DNA from: Bugula neritina | Taxonomy: Eukaryota; Animalia; Bryozoa | Length of the DNA stretch: 64,000 nt | Direction of reading: 5' to 3' | Assembly (NCBI GenBank): GCA_964035545.1 | Contig: OZ037767.1 | Location: 14,512,998 to 14,576,997, forward strand | Shown: piece after piece, positions 33,700 through 49,200 of the stretch | Position numbering within the stretch: position 1 is the stretch's first letter | How the letters are laid out: every line of letters starts with the position of its first letter | Made by a program: the position numbers and the translations under genes | The notes under the pieces: model-generated | Told to the model about the DNA's origin: nothing | Seen by the model: only the letters and a program-made list of their open reading frames with translations | Database searches by the model: none

Positions 33700-34235
33700 T
33701 GGATAATTGCATTGCCCTGCCTGACCAATCAAATTCACTCATTTGATTCCAATTTGGAGTATTCCAACCATGCAAGTTTATAGCCGCTTGCTAACCAATA
33801 GTATTAGAGTAAGGCCTGCCCTTTGAACCCACCAATCAGGTTGCGAGTACTTACATATTATTACATGTGGCTAATGGTCAGTCATTGGTTATCGTCTAGT
33901 TTACAGTCCTTTATAGTCGCAGTGTACGTTCCTCGTGTATAGCCCTCTGGCGGCCACCGCCGCGGAAATGTATCCTTGCTGGACCGCTTGCCTCTCGGGC
34001 TACTCTGGTGATACGGTAGTCACTACATGTACTTTTATAGATCAGCGCCTTACAGACGTCGTGACGCTTGACCATCCAGTCTGACCATTCATTCGCCGCC
34101 CATGGCCAGCCCCGTAGGCGGCTGTATGCAGAATTTCTATACTAGTGATATATTTGGTGGAGTATCTCGACGACGGCGGACACAGACAGACGCGCTGTTG
34201 CCGAGAATGTTTTAGAGCTCCGATGGGAGGACATA
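33700..34235 (+). promoter_or_regulatory. Putative gene C promoter/5'UTR: CpG-richer segment with several CCAAT boxes
   Basis: CCAAT at ~33725, ~33750, ~33796 and ~33832, and ATTGG at ~33884. GC/CpG content rises locally just upstream of ATG 34236. Confidence 0.5.
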
Positions 34236-37200
34236 ATGTCGAGGAGAAAACAAGATAGACCACAACATTTGGTCAGCAACTCTGAGGTTTTACCAAAGTT
34301 GTCGCCATCTGGTGGCGAGGCGGGGTCTGCTGCGTCTCCGTCAGAACTTATTTCTCCGGGAAACATATGTAAGTACTAGGAGCTCTGCAAAGTTTTCTTG
34401 CACATCATGTAGGTGACACATCATGTAGCTGACACATCATGTAGCTGACACATCATGTAGCTGACACATCATGTAGCTGATAAAACTTAGAGGAACCAGA
34501 TAAATCTAATATATTTATGTATTTATTATCACGAATAGAATATATGCCAGTGTCGGTGTGTAGACCAGCTGTTCTACAATTTCCATAATAAACTATTTTA
34601 AGGTCCTGTTTAAAAATGATCTTTTGCTAACTTTCATGAATTCAATGGCCGGCCTAAAATCTAAAACTGGATTTTCTCCTAACATTTCATAGTTCATTGT
34701 TGAGAACTGAGCTGTAAACCGAGAGCACAGGCTTGATTTGATGTAAATACAGATTTATTCTTGAAGCTGATAAGTGAGTATAGATAAGTTAGCTGGAAAG
34801 ACCCCACCTTCTGTGATGTAGTGAGTAACCAGTCAAGTGAGGCACACCCAATACAATATTTAAACTTTACGGGAAGTCATGTTTTGGCTTAGCCACTTGG
34901 CAATTCTGATCTAAACACAGTCTTGAAAATCTTTACTTAGTTTGGACTTAGTTTTAGCCTTAGAACCTATTATAAAAAGTAGGTCACTTAGTGTCATTTC
35001 ATCAGTAAACCTGATTTTATATCCTGTTATGAGTTAAAAAACCTAGCTAACACTGGTCATCTATGGTCATTGCAAAGATTATGTCTGTCAGTGGTTTTTT
35101 CAAAGCTAATAGTTTTTTGTGGTTTTTAAAAAAGTCATTTTCGTTTAAGTTGGAACTAGCGGTGATAAATGACTTGCGCAGTGGCCGATGGTCAGTTTAC
35201 CCAGCAGGCAGTGTAGCTAGTAGCGGTAACTAAACAGCAAGTCGTGCGCAGGCAGGCAGGCGTTATAGAGGAGCAGTATATGCTACTCGTCCAATCATTA
35301 CACTGGTGCCTTCATGCAATACAAGTGCTAGGGTTAAAAACTAGCTATATGGCCTTGCAGTGGCCTTCAGATGCATCAAATTTCTGCTGTTCTACTGATT
35401 GTTATTGTTAAGTGAAAAGTATTTTTACAATGCACAGTGCCTGACCACTGTTTATATATCTTTGTTTGGGCTATTGTGTTTACATATTCCAGTCTTCGTT
35501 GGTCCAATTGAATTACTAAAATCAGTCCCCCTTGGAAACAAGATGTTTTGTTATTCTTATTTCAACTGTTGTTACCAAGTTTGAAATTGTGAATTTCCCT
35601 AATAAGGCGAGGTTTGATAAATTGTATTGTTTTTAATTCTATTTTCTGGTAAATACATCGTGGTATGTGTCACTTTTTAAGAGTTGGTTAAAAATACCTT
35701 TATTTGAAAGTTTTTATAGTATTCTACCTGTTTTACCATGCATGCTATACCTGTCCTTTCACCATGCACCAATTACCTTAGTGAATTTCTAACAAATTTA
35801 TCTGAATTACACATATCACACGGTTTTCACCTGGCACAACGAAACCCAACATTGCCCTGCGCTTATTGCCAGTATTTCAGCATTCGACTATAGAGTTTTC
35901 GCTATAATACTTCGCTATTTATTGTTCTTTGAAAAGCAAGTTTAACTTTTAAATCTGTGATTTATTACAGTTTTGTTGGCAAAGCAGGGTCAACAACTAA
36001 GGGCATGACAAACATAAAATATACATTATGTTACTGTTGCACACATGTTCAAATAGCTTAGCACACTTTTCAACATCAGAAAAGAAGTTTTTATTAAAAG
36101 GTTATGCAATTGCGCTGCAGGCGTTTTGCTCTGTTTGTATGTTTCAATAGCCTCTAAGACTAGGCATTCACCTGAAAATTTTTGTGCAAGCTGTATTGAG
36201 TTATTGAATAGTGAAGGAAGCTAATATATACCCTCTGGGTACTGATGGAACAAGCTAATTTGCTCTACTGCTCGCTAGCCAATCAGCTTGCTGCAAACCT
36301 TGGCAAGGTCGCTCTTATCAGTGACTGGCTTACTGACCACAAGTAGCTTGATAAATCAATGAGCTGCACCCAACATTTCTCACCACAAACGACTTACTAT
36401 CCCTTCCACATAAAATAAATTGCTTTTTATGGTCATACTGGATGCGTGTTATTGTGTGCACCCGGCCTTGCAAAGTGACTCTCCATTAGATTTAATTTAA
36501 TTTTTCTTAGAAAAAGTGTCATCTTTTATCATTTTTGAGAATTTTACAATTCACCAAAGAGGCGAACTGCATGCCACAAGCTTTTTCCGTATATTATATC
36601 ATATCACTCATATTCTCGCTAAGCAATTTTCATCTATCCGCAGCGCTTGTCCGCCATCTTTGTTGTGACCTATTTAATGTGATTACCATCTCGCCCACGA
36701 ATGCTTGCTGCATACAGTTATATATAAGTAAAGTAGGCACATTACAACCTGCAGTAGTAGTAGTCCTATAATATAGTATTGTAGCATAGTAGTCCTATAT
36801 AGTACTATAGCATAGTAGTACTATATAGTATTATAGCATGGTAGTACTATAATATAGTATTGTAGCATGGTAGTCCTGTATAGGATTATAGCATGGTAGT
36901 GCTATAAAGTACTATAGCATAGTAGTACTATATAGTATTATAGCGCACCTCTACTCACACTAAAGGACATAATATTGTGTTAACTATTGTTGCATTTCAT
37001 ATTTTCTAATAGAATAAGTATTTTGTTAGTGAAAGTGAAAGAATTTACCAAGAACTTAGTTCACTTGCCACTTAGTGAAGAGTCATTCTTTCTTTTGCTG
37101 ATGAAGCGTAAACAAACAATAACCCATACTTTAAGTTTGTACTTGGTGAACACACTGGGGCCAATATTTAATATCCATTTGAAAAACATAAGTTTTATTA

Positions 37201-40200
37201 ACAAAAATGCTTAAAGCATGTTTGGGGACTTATGTTGCTCCCCTCCCATAAACTATATTTTATATATTTAGAAACCTTTACTATTTCAAGTTATCTTCCT
37301 GTCTCTCTTTCAGCCTACTTTTGGCTCCTATAATTAAACTGCTGTTTATTATTTGTGCAACACCTTTATTAGATATAGACAAAGACATACTATATGATGC
37401 AAAACAATGAAATCATTTGCTTTTCAAATGTTATAAAATAAAAAAACTTATATTAAAAATGCTTTTGTCGTGTTGGAGTTCAATAGCATGCAGTATTACT
37501 CAATCTTTCTTCAGTTATATACCTGTCATATATTTGGCAGGTAGTTTAAAACATCTAAGTTATTGACCCCAAATTTTAGCTGACGTACTTTAAAAATGAG
37601 CATTTCAGTTTTTACGCGGCTGAATGCAATGTAGCAAGCATGTCGGAAATAAAACTAAGATTTTATCCAATGAAATGCATGCATAGTTGCCACGTCAACT
37701 GCGCTGTTTAAAGCTAGACTTTTCAATTACTAAGTACATGCGTACTACAATATATAAAAACTCATAAACCTGTTTCCTAAACCATCTAAGATCTAAGGCT
37801 ACATGTTTTAGATATTGCTATTGTTTTCTTTTCTAAATAAACATATCTTCTTTGTTTATAATTTTTAGCTTTTCAAAGTTGTAATTAGAAAGCAAAGTCG
37901 CTTTGACCAAATCAAAATGTACTTTTTTTGTTAATGCCAACCAAATGCAACTTTTCACCTGAATGGTGTTAAGCAGAAATATATATTTTTTGTCTAACTT
38001 AAAAGCGCATAAGACCTCTGCCATCTGTGCATAGCAACCATTGATTGTTTGCATAGCAACGAGATTGTGTTGTGTGTTGTAGCTGAGGTGATGGTAACTG
38101 CTGAGCATGTAGATGAGGCAGCTCAGTTTGCTGAATGGTCTGCTGACGAGGCTAGACAGCAAGTAACTGATCCCGCAGACGATAAGATAGTGTGCGGTAA
38201 ATGTGCAGCTTCCTTTAGTCTGAGAAACGTTCAACTCTTCTTGGAGCACAAGGCAGAAGAGTGTCCCGGGAGTCTGACGGAGTCGCTAGTGGATAAAGTT
38301 CAGGAGGCGACGCAGGCGTCTGAAGGGGCCTCAGCTGCTACGTTTGGTATTCAAATTACAAATATTTTATTCTATTTTTTGTGATGCATTATTTATTTAA
38401 ACTGTTTGATTCAATGTTACAAGATTTTTATTAACGGGTTCAACAAATTTTTAGTTTTACTAGCAAAATTCTATCATTTGGTTTGAAAACATAAGCAAAG
38501 TTTTTTGCCAACAATCCTTTCTATAAAAGTTGTAATGAAATCACATATACAAAACATTTTGTAACACGCAACCATTGGACTCGATTTCTTGCACAATTTG
38601 TAAAGAAAGTAAATCTCCAAAATAAGAAATTTGACCAAAGTTTATTGAAATCCAACACTTCAATTCTTCCTCTGAATTTGCCGCAAGCCATCCTATATTC
38701 GCCATTATCATAGATACCGGTCTTTGTCCTTTTATGAGTGGAAGTTGAACACGTAGACATTGGCCATGGTCACATTCAAGCTCAGTCACTAATGCCCTAG
38801 CATAAAAAATCAAACAACAATGATCCTAGCCAATGATACTGACCACAAGTGGGGGGAAATTAATTAAATTGCAAAATAATGGACTATAGATCATGGCTGT
38901 GGTCTGGTAATGTCATCTTGACTAATATCTCTGATTCTTGTTACTCACATTTGGAATAATTTTAGACAAATCTACATAATGTAATAACATAACGTAATAG
39001 AACATTATGGCTAATGTCATTTTATAAAATGCCTTTATGCTGAAAAAGTTTAGAGTCAAGGGTCAATTAACAAAGAGGATTTCTAATGGGAATACCAGGA
39101 CTAGAAAATTACAGGAATACAAATACAAATATATCCTATATCAATAAAAAAGCTCTGTGTAACTAAAATTAGCCTAAAACTTTTCGTGTTCATTTGCAAC
39201 AGAAACTCTGCTGTACAAACAATGAACTTGTGGGCGCTATAGTACATCCGCTGGTAATTTCAATTTCATGTTTAATCTGTAACTTAAAGTTGAGTTAACT
39301 ATCTAGAAACAACTTATTATAACATCAAGTTTTTATAACAAAAAAGTCAAAAATTTTAACAGAGTTTTGGATATAACTAAACTACTGCATAATATTGCAA
39401 ATAATTCTGCCAAAAACTCTAAGCAATGTTCCGCAACGACCTGCATCAATAATTACTTTAAATTTATTCAAAAAGACTACTAAATAAATCAATTTTGCAT
39501 TGCAGAGTATACAATAGTTTGTATAACTCCAATTATAACAGAAATATTTTGAAATATACAAATTGCAGTATACATAACTTGATGTTATTAGTTATTGAGT
39601 TGACTAGGAAATATTTACAAAACTGTGTATTCTATATAATTATTTTACAAGAAATAAATAATTCTTAGTGTCAAATAAGAACATGGATTAGCTGAATACT
39701 TTTACGTTTTACAAGAACTTCTAATCAGCAGGTTTTCTCTGTCACTTTAGATTATGAAAGAATAGTTTTTGCAACGTGAAATTGTCCACACAATGTTTTT
39801 TTTTTTCAAATGCTTTGAGTTTTAAAATTCATAAGAATATTTTAAAAAGAATCTATAGCCGCTAGCCATATGTGTGTGCATACCCAGCTAGACCTTTTAA
39901 GATGGACCAGTATTATATGCTGGGTGTGTAGCTGTGTTGCCATGGTAACAAATCAATAGACCAGAGGCCATGTGGTAATACTTATGCTTGCAGTTTGTAC
40001 TGCATATCACTACAAGCAGATCGAGATAATATACTCATGAAAGCCCAGCAAGCATGGTTGTCATACTATAAACATAACTTTTCTTTTTGGTATTTTTCTT
40101 ACTAATGAACTCGTAAGGCAATTCATTGGTTTTGTTTGCTATGTCAGTTAGTTTAATGCAGAGAAAAAAGCTATGACTTTAAATTTCTCTCAAACCGTGA

Positions 40201-43200
40201 AACAAGACAGAGAAAACCTTTAAAAAGGCTTTTGTAGAGCTATTTAAGCTGCAACTTTTAAGGTTGATGCTTTTTCTGATGGAAAAAATATATAATTTTC
40301 CTTGTAGTTGCAATATTTTCTCTTTTTTATGTACTAATGCTATGTATTGAATACAATTATAATAGCATTGAAATTCGTGAAATAGATGGCTATGTTTTAG
40401 TAAAAGATTTTCTAAGTTTACAGTTGTTACTTAACCTTATATATTTTTGTAAACTTTATTGCAGCATTGGTCCCTTTTAGTTTTTTGAACTATTTGTTTA
40501 ATAATACCTTTGCTTAAGTATGAGCAGCTTTTAATAATGCATCACAGTGTCAATGTAAACTTTGAGAACTTTCATTGCAAACAATGTTATCATTGGTGTA
40601 ACAATTCACCTTGTTTTCTATTAAAATAGAATTAAAATGTAATATATTACCAACAAAATGCAACTTATAGATTTTTTTTAAATATTCTCCGGACTTAATT
40701 TGAGTTTTCATGCAAAAACTAAATTCCAGGCAATAAGTAAATTAATTAATTAATTACTGTGAGAGCTTCGATGTGATAAATAGCCAACAAACTGCCCTGT
40801 TAGGAAACATCTTACCAACCAACAAATTATCAACAGAAAAAACTGAATAATTGTTTGCCCACACATACCTGGAGCATTTTATAAGCAAAAAACTTAATTC
40901 TGGACAAATCATCAGTAAATCAAGTTTCCGCTAGATATATCACCCAACGCTTTAAATAGCAGCTCTCAATTTAAAGGAAATCATTTTGCTTCAAGTTCAA
41001 AGTGTAAAAATTGCAACCAGACATATTTCTGGAAATAGAACTTGATTATATAATATCCTATGTTTATGTATTTAAAAACTTAACACTTTATAATAAATTG
41101 CATTGTTCCAATGCTTTGTAACTGATAGTGAAGTGTTGCAATGCTTTCCATGAAATTTCTAGCTCCATTGAGTTATGTGAAAAACTTGAAATATATTTTA
41201 ATGAAACTGTATTCAACATTCGTGGAATATTGTTAAATATTAAAATTGTATAAATTTGCTTTTTTGCTTCCCCCCCTAAAATTTTACCATAGAGAAAGTC
41301 AAGGAGGCTTTTCTAATGACACATCTGCTAGATGAAAAGCTTTGCTTTTTGAGACGAGCTAAAAAAGTAGTTACTTTAAATTTGTTTATATGGCCGCTTC
41401 AAAAAACATTTCATTTACCAGATTTTATGAACTTTTTCACTGAATTTTGACAAAAATGGCATTGATTGCAATTTTTAGTTTATAATTTGATATTTTTTCA
41501 TGTTTTCAAGAGTACAAGTGAGTAGCTATGATTTTTAGTTTGTAAGAAATCATGACATAATATTATTTATTTAGAAAATAATAATGTTATCATACTATAG
41601 CTGTTTAATAAATTTCATGATTTTTATAAGCTGATACTTGGCAAACTAAAGAATATGACAAAATGTTTTGAGCATTTCCTAGCAAACGGTGAACTGTTAA
41701 TTTTGGAGAACCCTTTAAAAATGCAAGGCAAACAAACACTAATTTTTTAATATCTAGAACAATCTCTTTGGACAAATGATGCAATTAAATTTTTGATTAA
41801 TTTGACAATTTGAGTTCAAAACAGAAAAATACAAACAAACACTGGCTGAACATCAAAGTTAGGTTAATCAGGAGGCACCACACAGTAAGAATGTCAGGAA
41901 TCCTGGAATATAAGGTCCCAGACTACCATAGCAATGTTGTTTAGAGATGACAAAGGTTATGTCATTCTTTGGTCAATACCTTCTCACCTTGAAAGTGGTC
42001 TACCATCTGGCCAAGAGATCTGTTTTAGTTCAAAACACAGTCATGATCTAAATTTGAGTACCAGATTGTTTACTGGATTTTGGGCAACTTCTGACCCTTT
42101 TATGAACATCAAAATATTTTTCAAGCAGTCACGAGATAAATAAAACAAGCGGTTGATTGAGGTAGCATGCCAAATTGTAGTGAAATGAGGTTAAACTTAC
42201 TCTATAACTGAACTGAGGGTACGCTTTAATTATTTATAGCAACACTGATTCATCCTCTTTCAGTTATTTTTTGTGTAAAATGCTCATATTGAACAAATCA
42301 TTTATTAGCAACAAAATCAAGTTACAAATACCGTCATACCTATCACTAAAATATCACATGCTATAAAGCTGTTGGAGCTGATTTTGACTTCGTTTCTTAC
42401 TTTAAATGTCGGCTTTCTGTTTTAGATTTGAGGTTGTTTGCTTGCTGCCATTGTGAGTTCATCGCCGAAAGCAGTCGCCTGTTTCTGCAGCATTTAAAGG
42501 AGTTTCATAAACTTGTCCTGTGTGATGAGATTCAGGGAGATTCTGCGAGCGTCGCTCGTCAAGGTGGGCTAAACACGAATCATTTCTAGATTTTCTATCA
42601 GGAAGTTTAGATTTTCTAATGTTAGAAAATACAAACTTTCTAATGATGAAAGTCTAGACTTTCTAAGGACCATACACTAGCAGTGGCACTGTATTACATG
42701 GTCCTGGGAAAGCTCCCTTCTCTTAGTGAATATATGCAAAATATTTATTCTAGTGAATTTCTTATACATATGTGAAGAAATTTTAAGACTTTGAAACAAC
42801 CAGCGTGAATTTATACAAAAATAACATCTGCTAAAAAAGAAATATCTGAAAGAATAATTTCAGTTGAAGCATGTTTTGTAACTGAGTGTAATAGATGGAT
42901 ATCTAATTTAGTTGTTGTGGTAAAAGTAAAAATAGGCAATGCTGGGTCCAATACAATCCGGTCCCACAGTATTTATTTGCATAATATCTGACAGAATTCC
43001 AATGACTCTTCTGCTCTTAGAAACTTGGTCAATCTACAGCCGTTGAACACCTGCATAAAGATTTTAAGCTGTATTAAGTATTCCGCCATTTTGTCCTCCC
43101 GAGAATTGCCAACGCCATGGTAGCTTGTGCATAACCGCATGACCACTTCAAGCTTGATACTGAATGATTCCAAGCAAGTGTAATACATTTTTCTCGGCTC

Positions 43201-46200
43201 CCGCGGTCAGTCTTAACTGTCCGTAGATTATTGTGCATTTAACAATAACCATGGCACTGCAGAACCAAATTAATTTTCATTTAATGTAAATTTACTAAAC
43301 TTAAGAATTCATATTAAATATTAATTAAATCAAATAACTAAATCTTATGAATAATTAATTTAAATTTAACCAACACTTGATGGAAGCAAGAATATTATAG
43401 TCTTATAAATATTTCTTGAGATTTTTAGCAAACAAATTTGCTCACTATATAGTCAAATTGTTCTTTTAAGTCCCTGTTTTAGAATTAAAAAACGACTCTG
43501 TTTAGTCAAAAGCACTTCCGACTCTAGTGTTAATCACATTGAGCCAAAACAAAAAGCATTTCAGGCAGTGGAAGTGGGGTCAAGATATAGAAACAAGATA
43601 TCTAAACATTTTTAGTATTTTTAGCTTTGACCAAATGAACAATAACCACAGGTGCAAGTAAAACAACCAGGATCGGTCAACCACTCTAAGCTTTGCTTAG
43701 CTTGAGCACCATTGGCTTCAACAATAAAATCAGAAATGGTTTCTGACTTATTTGACATACAAAAGTTCTGAAGATTTGCACTTATCTTGGCAACGTGTTG
43801 ACCTAGCTTCACTTGGCTGCATTTCAAATTCTCATCTAATGTGTCACGAGCTATAAAGTCTCTCTCGCCTTTTTTTGCAATTCCAAAGTTGTTAATTCTG
43901 TATAGTTTTAAGTTCTTCAATAATTTTACCAATACTGTTTTGACCCAATGTTACCTCGACCCAGTACTACTTTGACCCAATACTGTCTTGACCTAATGCT
44001 ATCATGACTCAGTACTATCTCACCTCAAGACTATTTTGACCAAAGTCTGTTTTGACCCAATACAGTCGCGACCCAATGCTCTCAACACACAATGCTGCTA
44101 CAACTAATGCTAAGATTTACTTCATTAACCTGTCTGGGTCAGATGAAAAAGCTCATACCTAGCTTAGATTTAAATTCACTGAGTTATTTCCACCATGTTT
44201 TAGTTATTCAAAGACAATCATCTATCAACCAGTACCACGGTAAACCTTTATCTCAAGTTTTTCTCCCTGAAGATCTACCCGCTACAAAAAGGTACTGTCA
44301 ATCTACCATATATTATACTCTGTGCACTTGTACTAAAACATCTGTAGTTTATTTTGTGTTTTTTGTTTTATATAAATATAATTGATGGCAGAGCTTGTAA
44401 GGGAATCAAAATGTGGATCTTTGCACAGAAAGACTGCCATGAATGAATATATATTATTTTCAATAAAATTATCATTTGTTACATTAAAAGTCACGTAGCT
44501 TTTGAGACAACTGAAATTTCATGTGCATGTCTTTAACATTGAAGTATATTTTGAATACGATGGTTATATTCCTTAAATAATTTAATATACTCTTTTAGGT
44601 AAGATCTAGTTTTCTACTCTTATAATTTATCCTTTTGGGTTAGGTTCATCATTTATTCTTTTTGGCAGTGCTCTTTATAATTTACACTCTTTACTCTTTA
44701 GTTATATACTCTTTACTCTTTAGTTATACTCTTTGCTCTTTAGTTATACTCTTTAGTTATACTCTTTGCTCTTTAGTTATATTCTTTAGTTATACTCTTT
44801 GCTCTTTAGTTATATTCTTTACTCTTTAGTTATGTTCTTTACTCTTTAGTTATACTCTTTGCTCTTTACTCTTTGGTTGTGCAATACATCTAAAAGCTAT
44901 TAAATGTCTACTTCTACCATTGCGGTTGCCTTCTGGCTAAGCAAGATAGCTTTTTACTGCACATTATGGTTACAGTAGGTTATAATATGCACTACAATAT
45001 GTTACAATTTACGTACTTTCTTCAAATCTACTCAATAGTCTCGAAGGTTAGTGTAGATGTCATCATGATCAACTTTTACACTAGGCCTACCTCTTTAGGC
45101 TACTTATGGTTTGCGCCAATAATTTTAAAAGTAAGCTGCGTTAATCAATTTAGAGCTAGTTTTTAACCTATTTCCTTGTTGTTGTTAGTTTCTGTTGAGG
45201 ATTTAGTTGTCATAGTCACTTGCGACACACCACCGGCACACGGGCTATATATTCAGTGGAAGCTGGGGGTACATTGAACCCCCCAACTATATGAAGTGAT
45301 CGACCAATAGATATTAAGATGCAATGCTTACATTTTAAACATACACTTGAGTCTGCTGGAGATTTCATTTTCAACTTGAAACAGTAACTTTCATAGGCTG
45401 TTAGTTTTCAATTGTTGCTAATAACCATGATTACTTGCTCATGTTGGCGAGCAATTAGTGGTGGAGGTTTTTTATTTATTAACATCCTTTGCTCTTGACA
45501 AAACAGAATTTAACTTTTCTTCAGAAAATGTAAAATATTTGCATTTTTAGTGATGTTTAATTTGAAGGTGTTTGCACCTTTGCTGAGAAAATTATCAAGT
45601 TTCAGTTAATTCACTGGTCTGAGCACCGATTTAGAGTTTGACTGAAAACTGTAAAGGTATAAACTCACATTTATTGAAGTGATAGTTGATTAACTGGGTC
45701 AGCAGTAAATTGTAGACAATGCAATGTTTGTTTCTAAACAAATTGGGACAAAGTTTATTTAAACTTGCGAACGAAATGAACTGCTACTGTAAAACTCTGC
45801 ATCGCCGTGCAAAAGGGGCTTAGCTTTTCCCCCAGTAGTGCTTTTGATAGAAGCCAGTCGACTGTTTGCTTAAGGAGAAACATACTACAGTTCCATCTCA
45901 AATTTTCTTTGTGTTGATAACATTTGATTCATTCAAATGTCATTGACCTTCATGGAGTTAGATTGGATCAAAAATGTCCAGTTGTTTTTTGTCCTGTTTC
46001 ATTTCAAGTCATTCCTTACCATCTGGTTGTGTCGGTTGCATGCTGGTAGTACCATTAACTGTTACTCATTTCTCTAAATAATAAAATTTTTCCAGCTTGT
46101 TGTTGACCAAGAATGTGTTATCACCAGGCATTGCCTTACCTGTTTTTCAGCTCCAGTCTTTATCAACATAAAACCGTTCAGAGTTGAATATCTGTTCTAA

Positions 46201-49200
46201 TCTAAGGCCAATTTCTAAGTGTTCTTACGTGTTTGACTTCCTTCAAGTTGTTTTAAAGGAAAAGGTTGTGTTTAAATAAAGTCATTTTGATTTGAATGTG
46301 CAAAACGTTATTGTCTGTTGTCTTATAGCTGTTCTTTCCTGGTTCAAGAAATCTGCACCCTCGACCAAACATTTATCTTGTTTACAATTCTAAAGAGTTC
46401 ATAAAACAAATATAACTATGGAACCAGGGTTCAAGAGGTCAAATAAGCTTGCTGTATTCTTAAACCTGTATTATAACCTGCTATCTCCAAATGTGTAAAG
46501 GATTTTTGACCAAATTAACTAGCGTATGAACAGTAACAATAATAAAACTAGCATTTTAAGGGCATATCTGCATAAAATACTGAACATTGCGACCCTAAAT
46601 TTTGCCTTAGCTCTACAGCTCTATTATGTGAGGAAGTGGTGGTCTAAATAACACTTCAATAAACTGCTTGCTGCCAACATGACAAACTGACCTTTCACCT
46701 CATTGGCTAATTTCTAGTGTTTGGACACTTGCTAAGTTGTATCTGGTCTTTCAGTTATCTGTGTTATATTTGTCAATAGTTTAAACTAATAACCAGACCT
46801 AAGTAACGCTAGATGTTGAAATAGTTCTTTGTTTCTGAGCTAACTTCAACATTTATAAGTTATTAGTTAATCTAATAGATGTCCCAGTTCATTTTATGTA
46901 GAATTTATTAATAATCATGTGTGCTTTTTGATCGACTCTTTTTGACATGAAAAGATTAATTCTGTTTTGCTTACAGGTTCAACTCCTTCTCACACACTCT
47001 GAGTCGAAAGGTATGGCCGAGCTCACTGAAGCAAATTACTTGATTAGTGTTTGACACTTTCATCTGATTGGTTGTATAACACTGCAGTTTCACGAATTAA
47101 ATGCATGCTCAAATTTTTACCATTTTGAAATTTTTTTAAAGAATTCATCCAAAAGCAAATCATAGTGGCCAGGGTTTAACGGCTCAACTGTTTCAAAATT
47201 ATGCATAATCAGTTTTAAATAAGTTATGATTCGCCATTGGCTATTCAATCAGTTGGACACCAGAAAAGGCACGCTGTGAAACCAAAGATAAATTGTGATG
47301 TGAATATTGATTTATTTAAGGTCATTCAAAAGTCACTGAGTTAAAAGCTAAATCGGAAACTTCTTTTTGACTTACTTAGATTTTAATTTTTTTCTTTAGC
47401 CAAGAGAGTATTTTTTTCGTTTTGTTTTCATACTAATATCGTTTTCACATTTTAGAAACAATTTTCTGAAGAGACTAGTCAAGATGATCAGAAAGTTGGC
47501 AGCAAAGGTTAGTTTCACTTTATGGCATCTTTTCTACTGAACAATCCATTCCTGCTCACCCTACTTGTGTCTATAATTAATTCTCTATCAAGCTTCATTT
47601 GACCATAACATTTTAGTAAATGTAAATTATTATGGACACTGGATGAAAAGAGCAGTTTTTACTGCTATGTTGAAATATTTGTGTGCCATGTTGAAATATT
47701 TGAGTGTAACCAGGCATTACCACATGCATGGCCAAATTGGCAGATAGCCTTATTTAGAGACCTATAATAGCCAAAAGCATAGCTTAGCTTCAATCTATAA
47801 AGCTATAATATATACAAGTTTTATATGCTTACATTTATATTTGTATACACAATCTTTTCTATAGAGGTTCTACAGAGTTACTGGGAATAGTATATTTTAG
47901 CTAATCAAGTTCTCCCTTATTTTGTTATCAGATGTGAGCAGCAGTAGCAGCAGTAGCAGCGATGCCAGCTCTGTGGTAGATAATGAAGCCAATTCACAAC
48001 TCGACAGCCATTCTAAAGCTCTTCCTCAAGGTTGCTATATTGTCATCTACTTCATGCTCTTGAAGAATATTTTCAATCGTACTTACGCAGTCGTCTGTCT
48101 GTGAATTTGCGTAAAGCAATCTCAATCTTATCCGTTGGTAGGATGAGATTTGCGTAGGGGAATAGGCGTCACAGTTGTGTTATATGTGGTCGTGGATCTA
48201 TTAGACTAGGAGGATTGACCTATAAGTGTCACACCGCAAGGGTCAATTATTGGGTAGATTGAAGATTTCTTTATGATTTGCTAGAGAATGCTTGTGTACG
48301 AAAAATAGGATAAAAGGATTTAAAATAAAATTATCTGATGGTTTACCTTATAAAGCCAATTGTGAGTGTTTGAAAACTAAAACCTCTAAGAAATGATATT
48401 TCAAAATTTATGTGGAAATAAATTTAATTTTATGCAGATGTGAAAAAGTTTTATTGCAGATTTGGAAATTTAACAGAATACAGATGCCTCCATTTTACAA
48501 TTAGTAACATAAAAACACAGCATAATGAAGAATTAGCGTTAGCTGCGGCAAGTACATTCAACAAGTACAAATGCCTACCACAGCTGCCTGGACCAACTCT
48601 GGTGTGAAAAGCAGCGTAAATTTGATTTATGTTCACAATCTTCAGACTGTAGATCAAATTTTAACTCATTTGCGGTTATTCCATAGATTATAGACTTAAT
48701 AATAACAGTATATTTCTTCGCGCCCTTGCGGCAATGTCAATGTCGGCCATTAAATGGCTCTTGTACTTCGAATTAGGTTATTGACGCTTCAAGTATAACT
48801 GCTTTTATGGTGACAAATGACTTCCATCAACTCAACGCTGCCCTTTACTCATGTGTCTATCAGATTAGTTTTTTCAACTCATTATTTTCAGACTTAAAAA
48901 TAAATTCTTTGTCGCCATTGTCATCTACGAATCGAATATGAAAGAGCTGTTGAACGTAAACATATGCAAAGAACTGATGCAATTCTAAAATTTTTGAATA
49001 AGTTTTGTTGTTGAAGTCTGAGCACCATATCTGGACAAGTATCTCGTCTGCTTATTCCTAGACTTATGTCTCATAGGCTGGTTCCTAGATTAATGAGTTT
49101 GGCATTACATAACAATTCTCTCTAAGATGCATAATCTATGAACAAAATTATGACACTAAAATATGGGCCCTACAACTTTTAACTTTTTTCATGTCTGATA

